From contig CAXXMV010000006.1 in the NCBI GenBank assembly GCA_963662285.2, positions 128,001-192,000 on the forward strand: a DNA stretch of 64,000 bases. The letters are read 5' to 3'. A program made the position numbers and the translations under genes. The stretch comes from a bacterium (GTDB lineage Bacteria; Hinthialibacterota; Hinthialibacteria; Hinthialibacterales; Hinthialibacteraceae). Under the pieces are notes generated by a model that saw nothing but the letters and a program-made list of their open reading frames with translations, did no database searches and was not told where the DNA came from. Shown piece after piece: positions 61,260 to 64,000 of the stretch; positions within the stretch are counted from its first letter, which is position 1; each line of letters opens with the position of its first letter.

Positions 61260-62222
61260 ATGTCTTCCGATTCAGCAGAGCCACGGGCCATCGCCAAAGA
61301 GACAGGAACTCCTTCAGGAGAACCGTTAGTTGAACATATGCTCGTTATGGATGACGAGATTCGCACGCTTATCAAAAGATCATTGGAAGAAGATAAAGGC
61401 GGCGGAGATGTTACTACTATCGCTACAGTTTCTCCTAATAAAATTGGTTCCGCCAAAGTTGTTTGCAAGCAGACCGGCGTTCTTTGCGGTTCGCAAATTT
61501 TCACTGAAGTTTTCCGCCTGGTCGATCCGGATGTAAACGTAGAGTGTTGGGCTAAGGAAGGGCAAACCCTATCCGCTGGACGCACCGTTTTTACGCTTGA
61601 TGGTCTAATGGGTTCATTATTGACCGGCGAACGCGTAGCGCTCAATTTCCTGTGCTATCTTTCTGGAATATCAACTACAACATCCGAGCATGTCAAGGCG
61701 GTTCGCCATACTAAAGTTCGCATCACCGACACCAGAAAAACAACGCCTCTGCTGCGTCGTATGGAAAAATACGCCGTCCGGGTTGGAGGTGGAGTGAATC
61801 ATCGAATGGGCTTGTACGATATGATTTTGATTAAAGACAACCATATCGATAGCTGCGGCAGCATATCCAAAGCGGTTTTAGAAGCTCGTAATAGATGGGG
61901 TAATTCCTTCGCTATTGAAGTTGAAACCCGCAATATGGAAGAGGTTCAAGAAGCGATTAAAGCCAATGTTGAGCGTATTATGTTGGATAATATGGATTTG
62001 GATACCATGTCCGAAGCGGTCCATTTGATTGATGGCCGCGTGGAAACCGAAGCCTCCGGCGGTATTTCTCTCAATACAGTTTCTTTCGTCGCCGAAACAG
62101 GTATTGATTATATCTCGATGGGTGGATTGACTCACTCCACCAAATGGCTCGATTTCTCCATGATTATCGATAAAGCGCGTACCGAATCCAAAAATCTCAA
62201 CGCCAAAAAGGAACGATCCTAG
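61260..62222 (+). CDS. nadC: Nicotinate-nucleotide pyrophosphorylase (carboxylating)
   Basis: ERVALN, DTRKT, NHRMGL, LIKDNH, IEVE, MLDN, EASGG. Confidence 0.96.
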   Translation: MSSDSAEPRAIAKETGTPSGEPLVEHMLVMDDEIRTLIKRSLEEDKGGGDVTTIATVSPNKIGSAKVVCKQTGVLCGSQIFTEVFRLVDPDVNVECWAKEGQTLSAGRTVFTLDGLMGSLLTGERVALNFLCYLSGISTTTSEHVKAVRHTKVRITDTRKTTPLLRRMEKYAVRVGGGVNHRMGLYDMILIKDNHIDSCGSISKAVLEARNRWGNSFAIEVETRNMEEVQEAIKANVERIMLDNMDLDTMSEAVHLIDGRVETEASGGISLNTVSFVAETGIDYISMGGLTHSTKWLDFSMIIDKARTESKNLNAKKERS

Positions 62223-62554
62223 CTCTATTATTTTTTCCAACTACCGAATACCAATAGGGCGCGCCTCTCGTAGGCGCCCCAAACACCTACCTAACTCTAA
62301 TCCACCTGGCGCTCATTAAAAGATACTGCACCCTCAAATGATGCGAACGCGATAAGCGGCGGTAAATGAACCGCTAGTCGCCAATCAAAACGTTTTGTTG
62401 CCTAAATAAGCATCCATAGTCCCTGCTATGGAATGTATTAATAATTCAATCCTTTTGGAATAAATCCACGTCCATTTTCGTAATAATATATGGACGAACT
62501 TAGTCTTGATTATGGCGCAAATTAATTAATTTATGTTTTTGGGAGTGCAGTTTA

Positions 62555-62938
62555 GTGGATACGCATATTAATATAACCGCATTTTTACATATTGCCTTTG
62601 GCTTTATCGGCATGATTATCGGTGTTTTTATTGCTATTGGTACGCTGGGGATTTCTCTTATAGTTGGTTTTAACGCTGCGCCAGGTGATGCAATGATAGC
62701 CGTGCCGATAATTGGTTTTATTGGATTTATCATCAGCGGACTTTCTATGTTTGTCCCCATAATTGGTTTTTTGGCCGGATTAGGCATTTTGAAGCATGCT
62801 CAATGGGGTCGCATTTTAGGAGTGATAGCCGCTATCCTTTATCTGCCAGTTCATTTCCCCTTTGGCGCAATGCTTGGCGTCTATACTATGTGGGTGCTAT
62901 TTTCAGCGGAAACTTCATTGATTTTTATCCGAAAATAA
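62555..62938 (+). CDS. Small integral membrane protein
   Basis: 3-4 TM, WGRILG and FPFG...G.YT.WVL motifs. Confidence 0.7.
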   Translation: MDTHINITAFLHIAFGFIGMIIGVFIAIGTLGISLIVGFNAAPGDAMIAVPIIGFIGFIISGLSMFVPIIGFLAGLGILKHAQWGRILGVIAAILYLPVHFPFGAMLGVYTMWVLFSAETSLIFIRK

Positions 62939-63201
62939 TTCATTCCATCGTTTTTAATCAGGTAATTTTCTTTTATAACTCCCTTGGATTTGATAAATGT
63001 TCTAAGGTATTGGTATGGTATTTTCAACCGCTATCATGTATATTGCTATAAAAGGTTCTTATGAATTGGCCCGCAAACCAATTACATGAACCATATTCAC
63101 AAAAACTATATTTCCGCATCACATGGTTAGGTGGAGGATTTGTCATTTTTTCAGTGGATTTTTTTTATAGTGAAATCCACATTTAATTATCTGTAATGTT
63201 A

Positions 63202-63230
63202 TTGACAATAAACCGTTGTTCCTGTATATT
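63202..63230 (+). promoter_or_regulatory. Sigma70 promoter of eno
   Basis: TTGACA-17 bp-TATATT, about 110 bp upstream of the eno ATG. Confidence 0.7.
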
Positions 63231-63326
63231 TTACTACGTTGTGTACAGGAACAGAAATCGCCTCAAACATTTTAATTGTGGATTGATAGTTTTTGTGATA
63301 TGCAACTAAAAAAAACTCTGGGATAA

Positions 63327-64000
<674 letters not shown>

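Noticed and set aside
62341-62405. attC-like hairpin (gcgaac...gcgataagcgg...ccgctagtcgc...gtt)
   Set aside because: R boxes are not complementary, and there is no integrase or cassette array

Overview
A 64 kb window of a moderately AT-rich diderm bacterial chromosome. It has a TolC efflux operon, Tat and lipoprotein signals and many secreted proteins; the gene repertoire suggests an uncultured PVC/Sumerlaeota/Hinthialibacterota-like lineage, which is inference only. It holds about 45 CDSs: a two-pair ABC-2 exporter, GT-C/GT4/Maf glycosyltransferases, an IS481 copy with a premature stop, tandem serine-hydrolase paralogs, a sugar-utilisation cluster with two URO-D-like proteins, two secreted internalin-like LRR proteins, a MacAB-TolC-like operon, an AmmeMemoRadiSam operon whose members all carry predicted export signals, a frameshifted TPR/FG-GAP/UnbV gene, fapA-like, nadC and the 5' part of eno. 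Intergenic regions carry at least three families of REP/MITE-like palindromes and a group IIC intron DV-DVI remnant. No rRNA, tRNA or CRISPR array was seen. The strongest candidates for new biology are (1) a shared extreme C-terminal tail, T-x-[VI]-x-[EN]-W-S-L-Y-stop, on secreted proteins from two unrelated families, a putative sorting signal, and (2) an apparently extracytoplasmic AmmeMemoRadiSam system next to a catalytically degenerate membrane spermidine-synthase-like protein.
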